A stretch of 64,000 nt of DNA from positions 9,610,001 to 9,674,000 of the forward strand of contig OZ234494.1 in the NCBI GenBank assembly GCA_965153455.1. The letters are read 5' to 3'. Below, piece by piece: positions 1 through 13,461 of the stretch. The first letter of the stretch is position 1, and each line of letters opens with the position of its first letter. The position numbers and the translations under genes are program-made. Below the pieces are notes generated by a model. It saw nothing but the letters and a program-made list of their open reading frames with translations. It ran no database searches and was not told the origin of the DNA. The stretch is from Sphagnum compactum (taxonomy: Eukaryota).

Positions 1-5
1 GAAAC

Positions 6-127
6 CTCTGCACAGGCAAGAAGCATTTTCGCAAGTGCTTGCCTTTTGGAAAATGACAGGCTCTTAGTGAGGCCAAAATCCAGAAGAATGGGCTTAAAAG
101 GGGGCTCCTTGCTCACAAGAAAATTTC
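6..127 (-). CDS. Single internal exon of an ABC1/UbiB atypical kinase, most like the plant ABC1K with a C-terminal beta-lactamase-like domain; upstream exons are absent from the window
   Basis: Flanked by TGCAG (acceptor AG 129-128) and GT (5-4). Translates (G)NFLVSKEPPFKPILLDFGLTKSLSFSKRQALAKMLLACAE, matching the ABC1 catalytic-loop end (HPGN) and the DFG motif. Confidence 0.75.
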
Positions 128-212
128 CTGCATGCACCCATACCCTGGTCATGAAAGAATGATTCCCAGAATTGTTTGCAGAATTTGCAACAGTTGGTTG
201 CATGCGTGATGA

Positions 213-1002
213 TCATCCTGTTATCCCTTGTCCAGCAAATGTGTCTGCGAAAACCTGTATATTGGCATCAGGAGGCTCACCAAACAAGTCACCACCATAA
301 TTCTGATCCAAAGAATCATCAGGTGGGTCCTGCAACCAGGAGATCATCTCATCATCTTGGATGTTGATGATTGGTGATGTCACCTGGTGGCCCCCAGCTG
401 CAATTACAAAAGAAGTAGTAGTTTCATCATCATCACTGTTCTTGTTGCTGGCTGCTGCCACTTCCAGCATCTCTTGTGTCATTGATGGCAACACACCATC
501 ACCGTCCTCTTCTATCTCTTGTCCAACACCCCAACTAGATGCATAACTCAGCTGCTGTGCATTACAACCTTCAGCACTCACACCTTGCATCTCAAAATGC
601 CTATTTTCTACATCCCCATTTTCCATCCAAACCATTTCCAGACTGTCTTGGTCAGGCCTGCATACACAAAACCAATAGCCCAAAAGAAAGAACATCATCA
701 AAGCCCAACTCTAAGTCTAGTTCCCCATCTCTTTTTGCCATGCAGTGTTGCCAACCAAAACCCATGAAGAAAATTGCATTGCAAAACCTCACGAACCAAC
801 CAGGGATATATTTATTTGAACACACAAGAACAAGAACATGACTTGGATTGAATAACAACTTGATGCCAGACTTCTTGCACAGCCAGACTTCTTACGCAGA
901 TGCCAAGTCAGGGAGGTGATCTCTTCTTTGGTGGTGGTGGATTGAATCGCCTTTTGCTTTGACTGCTGCTGCTGGCGTTGTGTTTGTCACAGCATCGAGC
1001 AT
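213..1002 (-). pseudogene. PIF: N-terminal part of a PHYTOCHROME-INTERACTING FACTOR (PIF)-like bHLH gene, apparently disrupted
   Basis: Exon 1002-896 (GC|GTAAG) splices in phase to exon 657-213 (TGCAG|G). Product has an APB-like PDQDSLEMVWMENG and the PIF-typical QDDEMISWLQDPPDDSL. In-frame TGA at 215-213 and at 1005-1003; no bHLH domain in the window. Confidence 0.65.
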
Positions 1003-2619
1003 TCACCAATCCAGCAGGTATGCCATTTACAAAGACTCATGTGGCTCTGAAATCCAATTGAAAGTCTCCTGGGTTTGCAATGCAGTAGCTTCAGACATTA
1101 TGCAGGAGGAAGAGGAGAAGGAGGAGCTCAGAATCACACAGAAACAAAAGAAAAAGAAGAAGAAGAAGAAAGAAATACTGTAGCAAGAATTTCAGGGGAA
1201 GAAAGCTCAGCACACACCTTGCTTGAGGGATTTCTTCTCAAGCTCTCACTATTATCTGCTGCTGCAACACACCACCTTGCTTGAAGGATTTTTCTCAAGT
1301 TTTCATGACTTTGCACTATTTGCTGCTGCTGCTGCTGCACACCATCTTGGTTTTTTGAAGGATTTCTGAAGACCTTTCAATGAGTGCTCCATAGCTTCTA
1401 TTGGGTTTGAGATTTGGAGCAAACCTATGCTTTTCTTGACACATAGGTAGTGAGTGTCCTTGAGAGCGTGTGTCAAACAGTTGAGATATCCCACATATTG
1501 GGTCTGAAATCTAGTGTTTGTGGTGGTTTGCCAACCCCCCACCCCCCAACAGATCAGTAACTAGTAATTCCACAATCCCAAAACTTGCACAAACAAGGCT
1601 GCCACAGCAACAACAAAAGCAGCAAGAATTGGGTGCATTGTGATATCAATTCTTGACTTCTTGAAAAGCTTTGCGGGAACACACTGGCCATCATGGGTAC
1701 CATCCAGCAGCAACAGTAAACACTGCCTACATGCAAGTGAAGCTTTGTTCCAATGCAAAGAACAGGCCTCTATGATCTCCATGGAAGGAGAAATACTAGA
1801 GCTGAATCCTATCTTCAAACTCAGAGCCAACACTCTCACTGTTGTTGTTAGCATCAATGTCCAAAAGATGGTGTAAAGAAACAAGGGCTGCACTGCAAGT
1901 TTCAAGAAGAATGACTGCCCTGCCTGTATTTGTGAAACAGAGCAATCCAAGAATCAGGATCACACTGCATGTCTGATGCACATATCTACATCAAAAAGAA
2001 AAAGAGCAATTCATTAGGTCTATGCTGCTGCAAACCTGGAAACATTGGATTATTTGCCTACCTCCTCATGCTGGACCAAAGGTATACCTTGGGAAAGTTA
2101 GCAAACTCCTGCATGAACATATACTTGGAAGCTTCTTTGTAGCAAAGAAAAAGAGGGGTGTATCCTTCCTACCACTGCATAGTGCTGCTGTGGAAGCACA
2201 GAGCTTGCCCTCTCCATGCACCTTGCAAATGGTACTGCCATAATAGATCACCTGTGGCTGCAACAGGCAGTTTTAAATCACTTTGAGACAGTTTCTGGTT
2301 GCATTCAATATACCCAAAGCATAAACCACCTATTCTGAAAACAAAATGGCAGAAGAAGTATTCTGTTAAACCCAAGAAAAGAACACTGCAATTGTGTGGA
2401 AGAACTCTGCCACCAACCCTACAGAAAGAGTCTGATCTGAAATGATCACTCCAAAGAGAACTGCCATAAGGGGACCTACATTGGCAGATACAACGAAAGC
2501 ATTTTGTACCTGGCTATCTAGATCCTTACAAATGAACTCATGCAATCCTTCAAGACAAATTCCAAGGAATTGGCCGAATTCCAGTCTCCTAAGTCTCACC
2601 AGAGTCTCGAGAAGCTGAG

Positions 2620-2755
2620 ATCTTACCACGGAGATGCGCCGGAGGTTGGTCGATTTCTTCTATGATTTGCAGCTCTTGCAGATTCTTCAATAACCAAGTT
2701 CCCCCGAAGATGGATTAACAAGAATAACCACAACATTTTTCTCCCCACCTCTTGC

Positions 2756-2795
<40 letters not shown>

Positions 2796-2930
2796 GTGGA
2801 CTCTGTTCTCCCTGTGATATATGTTTCACTACCACTCAAAACAGCAATCTTTGCACTTCTTCTTCTCCCCCACCTCTGTCTCACCTCTGTCTCTCTCCTC
2901 CTCTATTTGCCATTCCCGACTCCAACCCTA
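2620..2930 (-). promoter_or_regulatory. Probable first 5' UTR exon / transcription-start region of the PIF-like gene, with a (GA)n microsatellite
   Basis: (CT)n at about 2757-2789 on + (GAGA on the gene strand), purine-rich leader, and a strong donor GTG|GTAAGA at 2626. Confidence 0.5.
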
Positions 2931-3089
2931 AAACAAAACCTCTCTCCCCAATACACCACAAAACCTTAGCGAGAGAGGGATTAGCCATGCAGAATGGATC
3001 AAACAGTGTGTCTTTTTGTATCTAAAAATTATGGCGCACAAATATACATGGCTTGAAGCCATAGACTCTGGATAAATCCAGAGAACACT

Positions 3090-5265
3090 TACCGTGGACC
3101 TGAGCATATGTAGTTCACGAGGCATAGGAAGAGTAGGGTTCTTAGATTGTAAGCTTAAGATCCCTAAATTGGAGTAAGATCCCTCACACTCTTAAAGAGT
3201 ATGGCGCACGAAACCTTGAATTTTCATGGATTTGTGGTGCCATGTGAATTCACTCGGGTTTTTCTCTGAGTTCTTTATGACTCTCAAAATTAATTTCATA
3301 TATGACTCTCAACGTTTATTTTGAAACCAACATTGCTTTTGTCCAGAATATAACTTTGAGAGCTGCAATAACATGTAAAAAGCACTGGAAGATCATGTTC
3401 TAACATATTTGAAGAGCACGTAGAGTTTCAAAGTTCTTGTTTATCCACTCAACATGCCCAATCCATGGTTAAATGGTTTAATTTTAATGGAATTTATTGC
3501 CTATAGAAAAAGGAACACAAAAATAGGGCTTGCTTTTTCGTGATATCAAAAATTTGGACAGAAATTTAGCAAAGTTAGTCGAATTTACTCTAGAAAATAA
3601 AAGAATTCAAAAAGAATTCCAAGTATCTCTTTTGAAAAAATGACAAATTTTTCTGGGAAAAAGTAGATTCTCCCAAACGTAGACCGACGGTTTAGCTGCA
3701 CTTGCTGAAATTCTTGTAGTGGCCGATGTCCAATGCATTTGCGGGCGGCGGATTGTGTTTTGTTCTGGGAATGTACCATTGCATAGCACTTTTCTTTTTT
3801 TGGGGGATGGCGGGGCAAGGGGTGCGGAAGTTGTGTGTTTGGATAGGACCCTTGCTTGCTTGCTCACACCATGAGCAAGCAAGCAGGAAGGCTCTTGCAA
3901 GCAAAGCAAGCAGGAAACATGTTAGCAAAAGGTGATCGACCATTAGGGGACCTACAAAAAGCAACTCAGACACGAAGCATTTGGAACACAACCATCCCTG
4001 CCAGCAAGTGGAACGTTTTTTTGTTTTGGGCGAAAGAAGAGGGCACAAACCAAACTTTATTTAAAAATAAATTTGGGATATTATAACTATAAATCTTATA
4101 ATTATCTCTTATGATTTTGGTCAAAATATTGGTAGGCCATCTTATAAAGATCATTAGACATGCGATTGGTCCAAAAATCCATGTGAACTTGCTTGGATAT
4201 TTCAATGTGAAATGGATTATACATGATAAAAAATGACAAAAATCATGGCAATTTTTTTAAAAATTGTATTGGTAAAATTTCAATACATTTTACATTGAAC
4301 TTTTCATTTGATGGTGGATTTGTTTTTTTGAAATTACTATGATATATTTTTTGAATTGACATTTTTACTCATATATGCATGACAAATTATTGCAATGTAT
4401 GATCATTTAAAAAGTCCACTATATTGAATCCAATTTTTTTTGAGAATTCATCCATATTTTAAAATATGATTCCCATTAAAATCTATTATAACACAAATAA
4501 TTTTAAAATTGACAATGTTAATGTTGAACACGGTTCTACATTTTATATTCACTTATAATCCAAAAAGCTATGATTGTGATAGTCCAAAGAATCCATTGTG
4601 TTTTCACCCATTGTTTATATCATTGATGTGAATCTTTTAAAGTCCGATCAACTGTTGCAATAACAAGCAGCAGTTGTGGTCATTAGTTTTCAGACATGGA
4701 AATTGCTGCAGAATGCTCAAAAGTCAGTTTGGTGTGCCCTGCTCCCGCCCCCTGAGTCACTCGACTCGGTCCTGCTCCTCCTCCATGTTCCCTGTGCAAT
4801 GATCACCCAAAGCCTACTTTTCAGTTTGATTTGCGCACAAGCAGATTGCTCTGCTCCCGCTTGTACAGTTGCAAATAATAACAAATGAATCCATACGTAT
4901 CTAATTCAAATAACAACCAAAGAATGGAAGGAGGTAAGAATCTATGATCGACAATAGACGCTCTTCTTGCATGCAGTATTCCTCCACCAGACTGAAAGAA
5001 AAACTACGATAGAAGCATTCGGATCATGCGTTGAGAAGACTGAATTACACTACAGAAAGTGCACATAACTCTCCTATGCGTGTATAGAAATTGGTTGCCT
5101 GGTGGAGGAGGAAGTCGTTCACGGCCAGCGATCAGCTGGAGGATTGCGACCAGCAAACTGCCAGCCTCGATAACAGTGCGAATGGCTTCGAGGGCCAGCA
5201 TCCACGAGTAGCACATCGCGGCAAACCTTTCTCTCCCGCCAACCTTGACCTGTAGAATGAGCAAT
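3090..5265 (-). repeat. Left arm of a diverged inverted segmental duplication (partner about 20320-23290)
   Basis: Collinear reverse-complement blocks: 3090-3870 with 22505-23290, 3880-4070 with 21115-21325, and 4635-5265 with 20320-21090. Confidence 0.9.
4757..5216 (-). CDS. Putative small peptide gene, copy A (50 aa if spliced 5216-5099 + 4791-4757; 70 aa if unspliced to the stop at 5004)
   Basis: MCYSWMLALEAIRTVIEAGSLLVAILQLIAGRERLPPPPG|NMEEEQDRVE*. Start position, frame, acceptor and stop are conserved with copy B. The GC donor is weak. Confidence 0.5.
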
Positions 5266-6369
5266 TAGCATTCAAACAACTTTCAGCTTCTCTCGTATCA
5301 ATCGCGTTTTGAGAAAACAAGCGCTTCTGTCCCAAGAGAAGAGTGTTTGGGTTTGCTTTATAACATGGCGACTGATACTCTTAACATTCAGGGAGTCACT
5401 GGGTTGGAGAATCCTGTGGTCACAAATACTGACGTGGGACCCAAAGTGTAGCAGTCGCACCTTCCACGCAACGTGATGCCTTCCCTTCTTGTATACGGTC
5501 ATCTTCCAAACCAGATCTAGTTTTTAAATGATGCTAAGGTCGGCTAGTCAACCCTACCAAATTAAGATCAAAGTCTAGATGTGGTGGAAAATTTTCAAAT
5601 TAAAAAAAATTAAATTCTGATGATTAAAAAAATGGGAATATTATGATAAAATGTTCTCTTTTTGTTTTATTGTTTGCAAAATGGCAAGAATTCTCCACAA
5701 AGAAGTAGTCATAATTCCCAAGTGGGAATTCGTGTCATGAGTACCTCTGTTTTGTTTCAAAACATTTTTACTTTGTCTTGAGGTGAATGTTGCACTCTCG
5801 TTGGCTGACCATGTCTTGGACTTGCATGTGATTCAATTCTTTATCAAAATTTCAACTCAATTTCAATCCAAGAAGGAGATTCCCTTCTCATTACCAAAAG
5901 TTAGTGACTGAATCAAGAATTAAGCTTGCAACATGAAGACCTTTTTGAAAATATTGTATGTGCAAGGACATTTTGTTCAAAATTGCATACCTTCCTTTCA
6001 GCATATGAAAATACTATGCTACATACACCACTTTTTGCAAAAACAAAATGCCATGAATATTAAGTGCATCTTTTGATATATGTATTGGTCCCAATAGAAT
6101 CACCTACACCCTCTTACGATGTATAAAACTTGACAAAAATGCCTTTTTTTCCCTATGACATTGTGTCACCCCTTTATGTGTTCAAAATAATTTTTACTAA
6201 TGCTTTTTCAAAATTTCAAAATTTAAGAATAATATTTTAAAAAGACATAGAATCAAAATTTTAACAAACCTCCCAATTTTTGCTCTTTAAGTATTCAATC
6301 AATACAAAAAAAGACAATTGTTCTTGTTCCACCCTAAAGGAACCTCACCCAAAAATATTGTTTGGCACG

Positions 6370-6522
6370 GAAACTATAGTAAAATGAAACTCACCAAATA
6401 TTGTACACATTTTTTAGTGTAGTGGGTTGATGCATATAAGGGGACAGAAACTATAGTAAAATGAAACTCACCAAAATATTGTACACATTTTTTAGTGTAG
6501 TGGGTTGATGCATATAAGGGGA
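6370..6522. repeat. Tandem duplication, two near-identical copies of about 77 bp
   Basis: GAAACTATAGTAAAATGAAACTCACC...GCATATAAGGGGA occurs twice in succession. Confidence 0.9.
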
Positions 6523-7505
6523 TTACATGTCTATCAATTTAAATTCATTTAGAATTGTGCACACATAGCAATAGTGTTGAATGATTATTTGGAAGTTTGT
6601 AACCTCCTTCAATGTACCTGAAATGGGATTTTCATTTGAAACATGTCATATCAATAATTATTAATTTGTCAAATTGTTAATGCACACATCTATAATTTAT
6701 AGGTTTCTGACAAGGGTTCGACAAATGAGTTATAATTTAAATTCTCTTTGATGTCCTTTCTATGCATTGATTTGGTTTTCTAAAATATTAAGTGAAATAG
6801 AAAGTTGATCTATATCTATTTCAGCTATATATATATATATATATATATGATGTTATTTATTACGTTGGGTTGGTAATGAAGATGTCAAATTACATACAAT
6901 GTGTCCATTCACCATGCAAGTGTACTTGCTTTGTAAGATTAATTTTTTTTGATAACAAGACATTATCTTTTAAATGTCAAGAATATGAATGCAAAGTTGA
7001 AACTACTTAAAGATTTTCTTGATATTTTTCACCATTCAAATTAGCATGTCCTTTTTTTTTTAAAAAATGAAAATTATTAGCTTAGGTTTTCTTCTTTTCC
7101 TGAACATCAAAAATTTCATTGTGAAACTGATTAAAAACCTTTGTGAAGTCCTCAAAACCACTATGAAACTAAACCTTATGGATCAAAGTCTTTGGTTTTT
7201 CTGGTCATTTAACTAATTTAATATACCAATTTAATCGAGAAATTTTCAAACATTTAGTTACCATTAGAAACCCAAGCATTTTGAGATTTCGAAAATTATT
7301 TGAATACTTTTCTACACATCCAAGTTGATGATCCAATTTTTATAATGCATCAACATTTACTGATCCCAAAACAATTGATTGGAAATGCCATGTTTTTAGT
7401 AACAATATCATAATGTTTGGTTATGAGTCATAATTTCAATATGTTGAAGAGCATAATTCACATCCTTTTTCATGACTCATATGTTTCAGGTTTTGCTATA
7501 CTAAG

Positions 7506-7575
7506 ACTTGGGACAACAGGACTTTACGAACTAACTTACATACTTGGGACAACAGGACTTTACGAACTAACTTAC
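7506..7575. repeat. Tandem duplication, two copies of about 36 bp
   Basis: ACTTGGGACAACAGGACTTTACGAACTAACTTAC occurs twice. Confidence 0.85.
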
Positions 7576-10500
7576 GTAGTAGTAAGTTAAACTTACTACT
7601 ACAAAGCCTGGCCCCAAGTCCAATGCCTTATCTTTCCACTTTATTTAATGTTTCCCACTAGCCGCCTTAGTGTGCATCCATTTCAACGTTGATTTGCCCG
7701 CAAAATAAGGCCCTATGTCCATTAACAAGCTCTAGGAGAAACCCTTCCACTTGTAAAACAGACTGAACTCAGATTGGAAAAAAAAAAAGTAGCAAAATTT
7801 AGACAGTAATAATATGTTTCAAAACTTTTTTTTTTGTCAAGGTTTATTGTTAAAAACTTTAAGTTGAAAACTAATGTGAAGCTTGCTCCATTGTAAATTA
7901 ATTTGTTTGAGTTAACTACAACTATTCCATTCAAAATAAAATATTTTAAAAGGTCATTTGCATGATTTGTGAATGATCTTGTTTTCATTGTATGCCATTA
8001 TGTGCATGTGCCAATAAGTTTTAAAGGTGTCATTAGTTTAGCATGATAGTGACCTAAACACTAATACAACATGTTATGTTATATGACATACATTGTTTAT
8101 GACATATGGATCATTTGTTTCAATTTTATTTTATTTGGTCCTTTATTGGTAATGCTTTAGATGATTGAACTTATTTTACAATTTAGGGGCTAAGCTTGCA
8201 CGTGATTAGATTTAGTGAACTAATGGCCACACTTATAACATGTGGTAAAAACCAATGTTCAATTCTAATTTTTTTGGGGTTCTAACCATTTAAAAAAAAG
8301 ACAAAAAATCTGATTTTGGTCTGAACTATTTCTAAAAACTAAATGCAAATTATTGTTTGATTCCAAATCCATTTTTCACATTCCTAAACTCCTTATAATT
8401 TTTGGTTTTTCAAAAATACAAAATCCAAAATCCAAAACTATTTTTAATGAAATATATCATGAAATGTCTTTATGTGGTGTAGGTTGAAAATGATGGTAAT
8501 TGTGGCAAGTTATGAAAAATGATTAATATGAATGTTGAAATATTCAATTTGAAAATCCCACTATATCTTGTTTTAGGTTTTGGTCTAAGTTAAAGACTTT
8601 TGAAATTAAGTTATTTTTGCATTTAAAAAATTCCATTGTGCAAAGGACCCATGAATGTAAACTTGTTGATATTGAAAAGCTTTTGGTTAGTTGCAAACTT
8701 TTAATCACTTTCATAAAACACATTATTGAAAGCAATAAATTTATTTTATTTGTAAAAATTGTTTGAATTTTCAGATTTGTTTAAATTTCAAAAGTCATTT
8801 TATCACATTTTAATGGGGTACAATGTACATGATGTATAGGATTATGAACTATCACATAATGCATGTATTTTGGGTGTGGTTTGACCATTTTTCAATTCCA
8901 CTATCCAAAACAATTATATTTTGAAAGTTTGAATGTTTATTCACCAGTATCAATGACACAACTATTGAGACAACTATGCAATACCCATATAGGTAAGGCT
9001 AAGCTAAAAACCAAATCAATCATAAGTTTCAAATACACAAAAAGTGATTTTGGGGGCAAATGACCCTTGTAGTCCTTGGATAATATAGTGATTTTGGTTT
9101 CTACAATTAAGAATGTGCCTTAATGTGGAATTGGCTTTTAATGGTTGTCTTTTGATGCACAATGATTTGAATATCAAGTTATATTTTAAGAAATTCATGA
9201 AATAAACATGCATGCATCTGAAGGTTGGAGTGAAGTTTAGTCAAAAGATTATATAATGGATTCAAGTTGACTATCCTTCCCTTGAGACCCAAAGTGAAGG
9301 ACCTTCTAAATGAACACCACATGGTGTCCCTCCCAAAATTTTAAGAGTTTTTTTTAATATTCAATGATTTGAAAAGTGGAACTAAGGAATTAAATAGACA
9401 AGTGCATGGACAATAAATAAAAATGAAAATTTGTTGCCTAGTTTTAGTAATAGGTGACCTAACAAGTTACTGGACTTAGCAAGTTGTTAAACTTAACAGG
9501 TTATTTAACTTGACCTAAGCTGTGACTTAACCTAACTAATTACAGAACCTAACATGTAACATTATATTGGGTTAATAAAGAACTTGACATGTTGATTAGT
9601 CAATCGGTGAAAATTTGTTCAAAATAAGTTAACAAAACATGTATTTGAAAAAAAAAGGCAAAAAAAAATTGATTGCAAGTTCGCAAACCTAAAATTGCAT
9701 ATATAATTCATTCTAATTGTTGGGTTAAGAGTAGATTGATAAAAGGCTTTTAGATGAATGCCAAAGAAGTATGAATCCACACAACACATTGTTGGTTGTG
9801 GGGTTGTCATCCATGTCTCTGAATAATAAACTATTGAGGCTTGCAAGTATGGTGTAGGATCATATTGGCGGGTTGTAACGAGTGTTGGTAGGTTTCTTGG
9901 ATTTCAATAGGTCTAAGTTCAAGGCATGGGTTAAGTTCTATGGTATCCGGATTGGAGGTTTCAAGTTTTCTTAAAACCATAGTTGGAACTTAACCATGGA
10001 ATCAACCTATTGTCAAAAATTGAATTCGAACTTGAACCGAGGGTGCTGCCCTATGTTTTAAAAAGTTCAGGGTTCGTTAAGTTCTAATTTATTGTATTTT
10101 ATATTAAAACTTGACCTTACATTTTATACATGGTGTATGGCAGTGGTGGAACCGGCAAAAAATTTGTTTGGACAACACTTCTATCCCGTCTACGAGGGCA
10201 AGTCAAAATCGTGCTTGTAGTTGCCTCATCAGGAATTGCATCTTTGTTGCTTTTGGGTGGCAGAACCGCCCATTCAAGATTCAAGATTCCGATTGATCTG
10301 CACGATGAGTCAACTTGCAACATCACACAACAGATGAAAGTGGCTGAGTTGGTGCGTAAAGCTGATCTGATCATTTGGGATGAGGCACCGATGATGCATC
10401 GCCGAGCTTTCGAAGCTGTTGATCGCACCCTGCGTGATTTGATGCAATTGGATGACGCACAGGCAATCAAGAAAATCTTTGGTGGGAAAACCGTGGTCCT

Positions 10501-10779
10501 TGGTGGGGATTTTCGACAGATCTTGCCTGTTGTTCCCAAGGGGGGACGAGAAGACATTGTCAGTGCTTCCTTGCCTCGATCGCATCTTTGGCAGCATGTT
10601 ACAATTCTTCGTCTTCATATCAACATGCGAGTCATGGCAACCAATTCTGAAGAGTAGCAAGAGTTTGCCAAATGGGTGTTAAATGTTGGAGACGGTAATC
10701 TTCCTGCCATTACAGAAGAAGAAGGTGTCGATCCAGATTGGATCAAGATTCCATCCCATATGAGGCTGCCAGCAGAAGA

Positions 10780-13461
10780 CACTAGTAGAAAATGGCCATT
10801 TTGCGACTGGTCCATGTGACTAATTTTTAATTGCAAGCGACATTTGCAACTAAAATTTTAATAGTCGCGTTGGACAAGTCGCATTGACACTAGTTGCAAA
10901 CGATAACGAATTTTGGATGAAAGAAAAGTCAACAAAATACGCTTTCATCCTATGACTAGTCATATACATATTGTTGTTTGCAACTAAGATGCGACTTTTT
11001 TGGTGAACAATGGGAACAAGTTATGTGTTGCCACGTATCCCAACTCTTAATAATTGAAAACATTTTATTATTATTTTGAAATAATCTAAGATGTTTAATT
11101 TTTATGTTTGGATGGTTTAGATTGTGACATGTGGTGCAATAAAAATTTGCCATGTGGCATATTAATTGATATTTTCCAAATTAAATTTAAATCAATATTT
11201 AGGTATGTAGGTTGCATTAAGTACCTACCTATAGACCTACGTACCCATTTAGGCTAAACACCTATTTAGATAGGACCTATTTACCTACCTAGGCCAAATA
11301 CCTACTTAGGTAGGTAAGTAGGTAGAAAAATAGGTAGGCAAGTTAGGGAAGTAGGTAGTTAGGTATAAATACATGAATATTTATATTTTACTTTGGGTCA
11401 AGTCATATTTAATGACTCATCCCATATGCCCATCTATTTTTATATGTAAATGTAAGACAAAATACCTTGTTTATATACTTTTCAAGATGGGAATGAAAGC
11501 CAAAACACATGGGATAAACTTTTTAGTTGCAAGTCGTTTACGACTAAAAATGTTCAGTTGCAAACGACTTGCAACTAAAAAGTTTATCCCATATGTTTTG
11601 GTTATCGTTCCCATCTTGAAAAGTATATAATTAAGTAAATAAGTGACACCTAATTAGTTAACTAATTAACTAATATAATTATTAATTATTTAACGAATGA
11701 AATATAGAAAAATAAATTAATAAACTTGCTAATTAATTAATTAACAACTAAACTAGAAACTAACTAATTATTTATAGTAATAATAATCAATATCTTCTTA
11801 TTATTGAATTTATTATATTATTATTAAATATTAAATAATTTATTAGTTAGATAACTATAATAATCTATCAACCAATTTAATTAACTAGTAATTGGCTAAT
11901 ATTGAAATATTTAACTAATTCTTACTAAGTAATAAATTATTATTTCGTAACCAAATAAATTAATATAATAACTGAAATATTCAGTATTTAATTATTAATA
12001 ACTATTAATTATAAATATTGACTATTAGGTTTTTTATATCTAATAATATAATTAAAACTTAGCCTAGGCTAACTATTTTATTATAATTACTCCCATTATT
12101 ATTTTCATTTATATAGTTAATCGTAAATATATAAGTAAATATTTAATAGTAAAAATATCATTAATTCAATTATTATTGTAGCTAGTTGGTAGCCAAGGTT
12201 AACTATTTTATTATTATTATTCATATTATTAATTCACTCATTAATTGATTTATGAAATATTAAAATAAATATTATATATTTTAAATAATTATATTTTTCC
12301 TTCGAAAATAATTTTTGCATTTGTATAATAATTAATTAGATTTCCACTCTAACTAATACAGTAATTATTATAAAAGATAAAATAATAGAACTGAAAATTA
12401 GAAATATACATTAGTAAATGATTATAATCATTGACTTATTAATAATTAATAAATATCAACTATAAATTTTAAATACAAAAAATTAAAACTATATATTAAT
12501 ATTTCTTAATAATTATTTTATTAATCTAATAAATATTTCATAATTGATTACTTATAATAGTAAGAACAATAATGTAATTTGTCACTAGCCTAGGTTAGCT
12601 ATTTTCTTCTTATTATTATTATTATATGTTACTTGTTAGACTATTATGATTTACTATAATTAAGTTTTCATTTTTTTAAGAAATAAAAATTAATTCGTAA
12701 TAAGTACATTAGTCATTTGAAAAGAATTTAATAATAATTTAATAATATATTAAATTTTTTATAATTACTTCAATAATTATAGAATTATTTTTCTTATCAT
12801 TCTAATATCATCATCATTATGATCATTATGTAACAAGATATTACTGTTTTTAAATTTTAATTAAAGATAATATTTAAATTTAGTTTTTATTACATGTAAT
12901 TAATATAATTATATAATATAATAATAATACAAATAATAATAAATGTCATTTTTAATCATTTTAAGAAATATAATAAAATGGTTTGGATAAACTTATAATA
13001 TGGGCACAATATATTTAATAAATATCTTATGTATAATTTTGATATACTCAAAATATATACCATTTAATGTAACCATAATATCAAGGCCATTTATGATAAT
13101 AATAATATTTGAATACACATCTAATATGGTTGTTCATATACATTCAAATTATACATTCATAAATCCTAATACACCAAACTATATTTTTTAAAATTCACAA
13201 AATATACCTTTATATACTTATAGGGTTACAACTAAGTTGGTCACATTTACAACTAATGGGACATAAATTGTTCTTCTTGGATGAAAACTTAACTAAATGT
13301 TGTTCACATGGAAGGATGAACACCAAACTAGTTGCACTGTAGTTGCAAATATGACCAACACAAGAAATAGTTGCAAAAATGTCCAAATGTAGTTGTAAAT
13401 AACTGATAGTCGCATGTAGTCGCAAAGAGATTGGTTACATTTTAGCCAATTTCTACTAGTG
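10780..13461. mobile_element. Non-autonomous CACTA (En/Spm) element, 2682 bp
   Basis: TIRs CACTAGTAGAAAATGGC...GCCAATTTCTACTAGTG with a 3-bp TSD AGA (10777-10779 and 13462-13464). Removing it restores the helicase frame (...LPAEDCSLRGLIRTIYPD...). Subterminal TTGC(A/G)ACT repeats at both ends; extremely AT-rich non-coding interior. Confidence 0.95.
11471..11630. repeat. Near-perfect 160-bp palindrome inside the CACTA element
   Basis: Arms of about 75 bp (TTATATACTTTTCAAGATGGGAA...GTTGCAAGTCGTTT / AAACGACTTGCAAC...TTCCCATCTTGAAAAGTATATAA) around a loop of about 10 nt. Confidence 0.9.

Noticed and set aside
5700-9400. Possible decayed transposase sequence
   Set aside because: No convincing ordered motifs or termini could be read.
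10117-10836. Antisense ORFs over the helicase, and similar ones over TZP and MCTP exons
   Set aside because: Shadow frames of genuine coding sequence.
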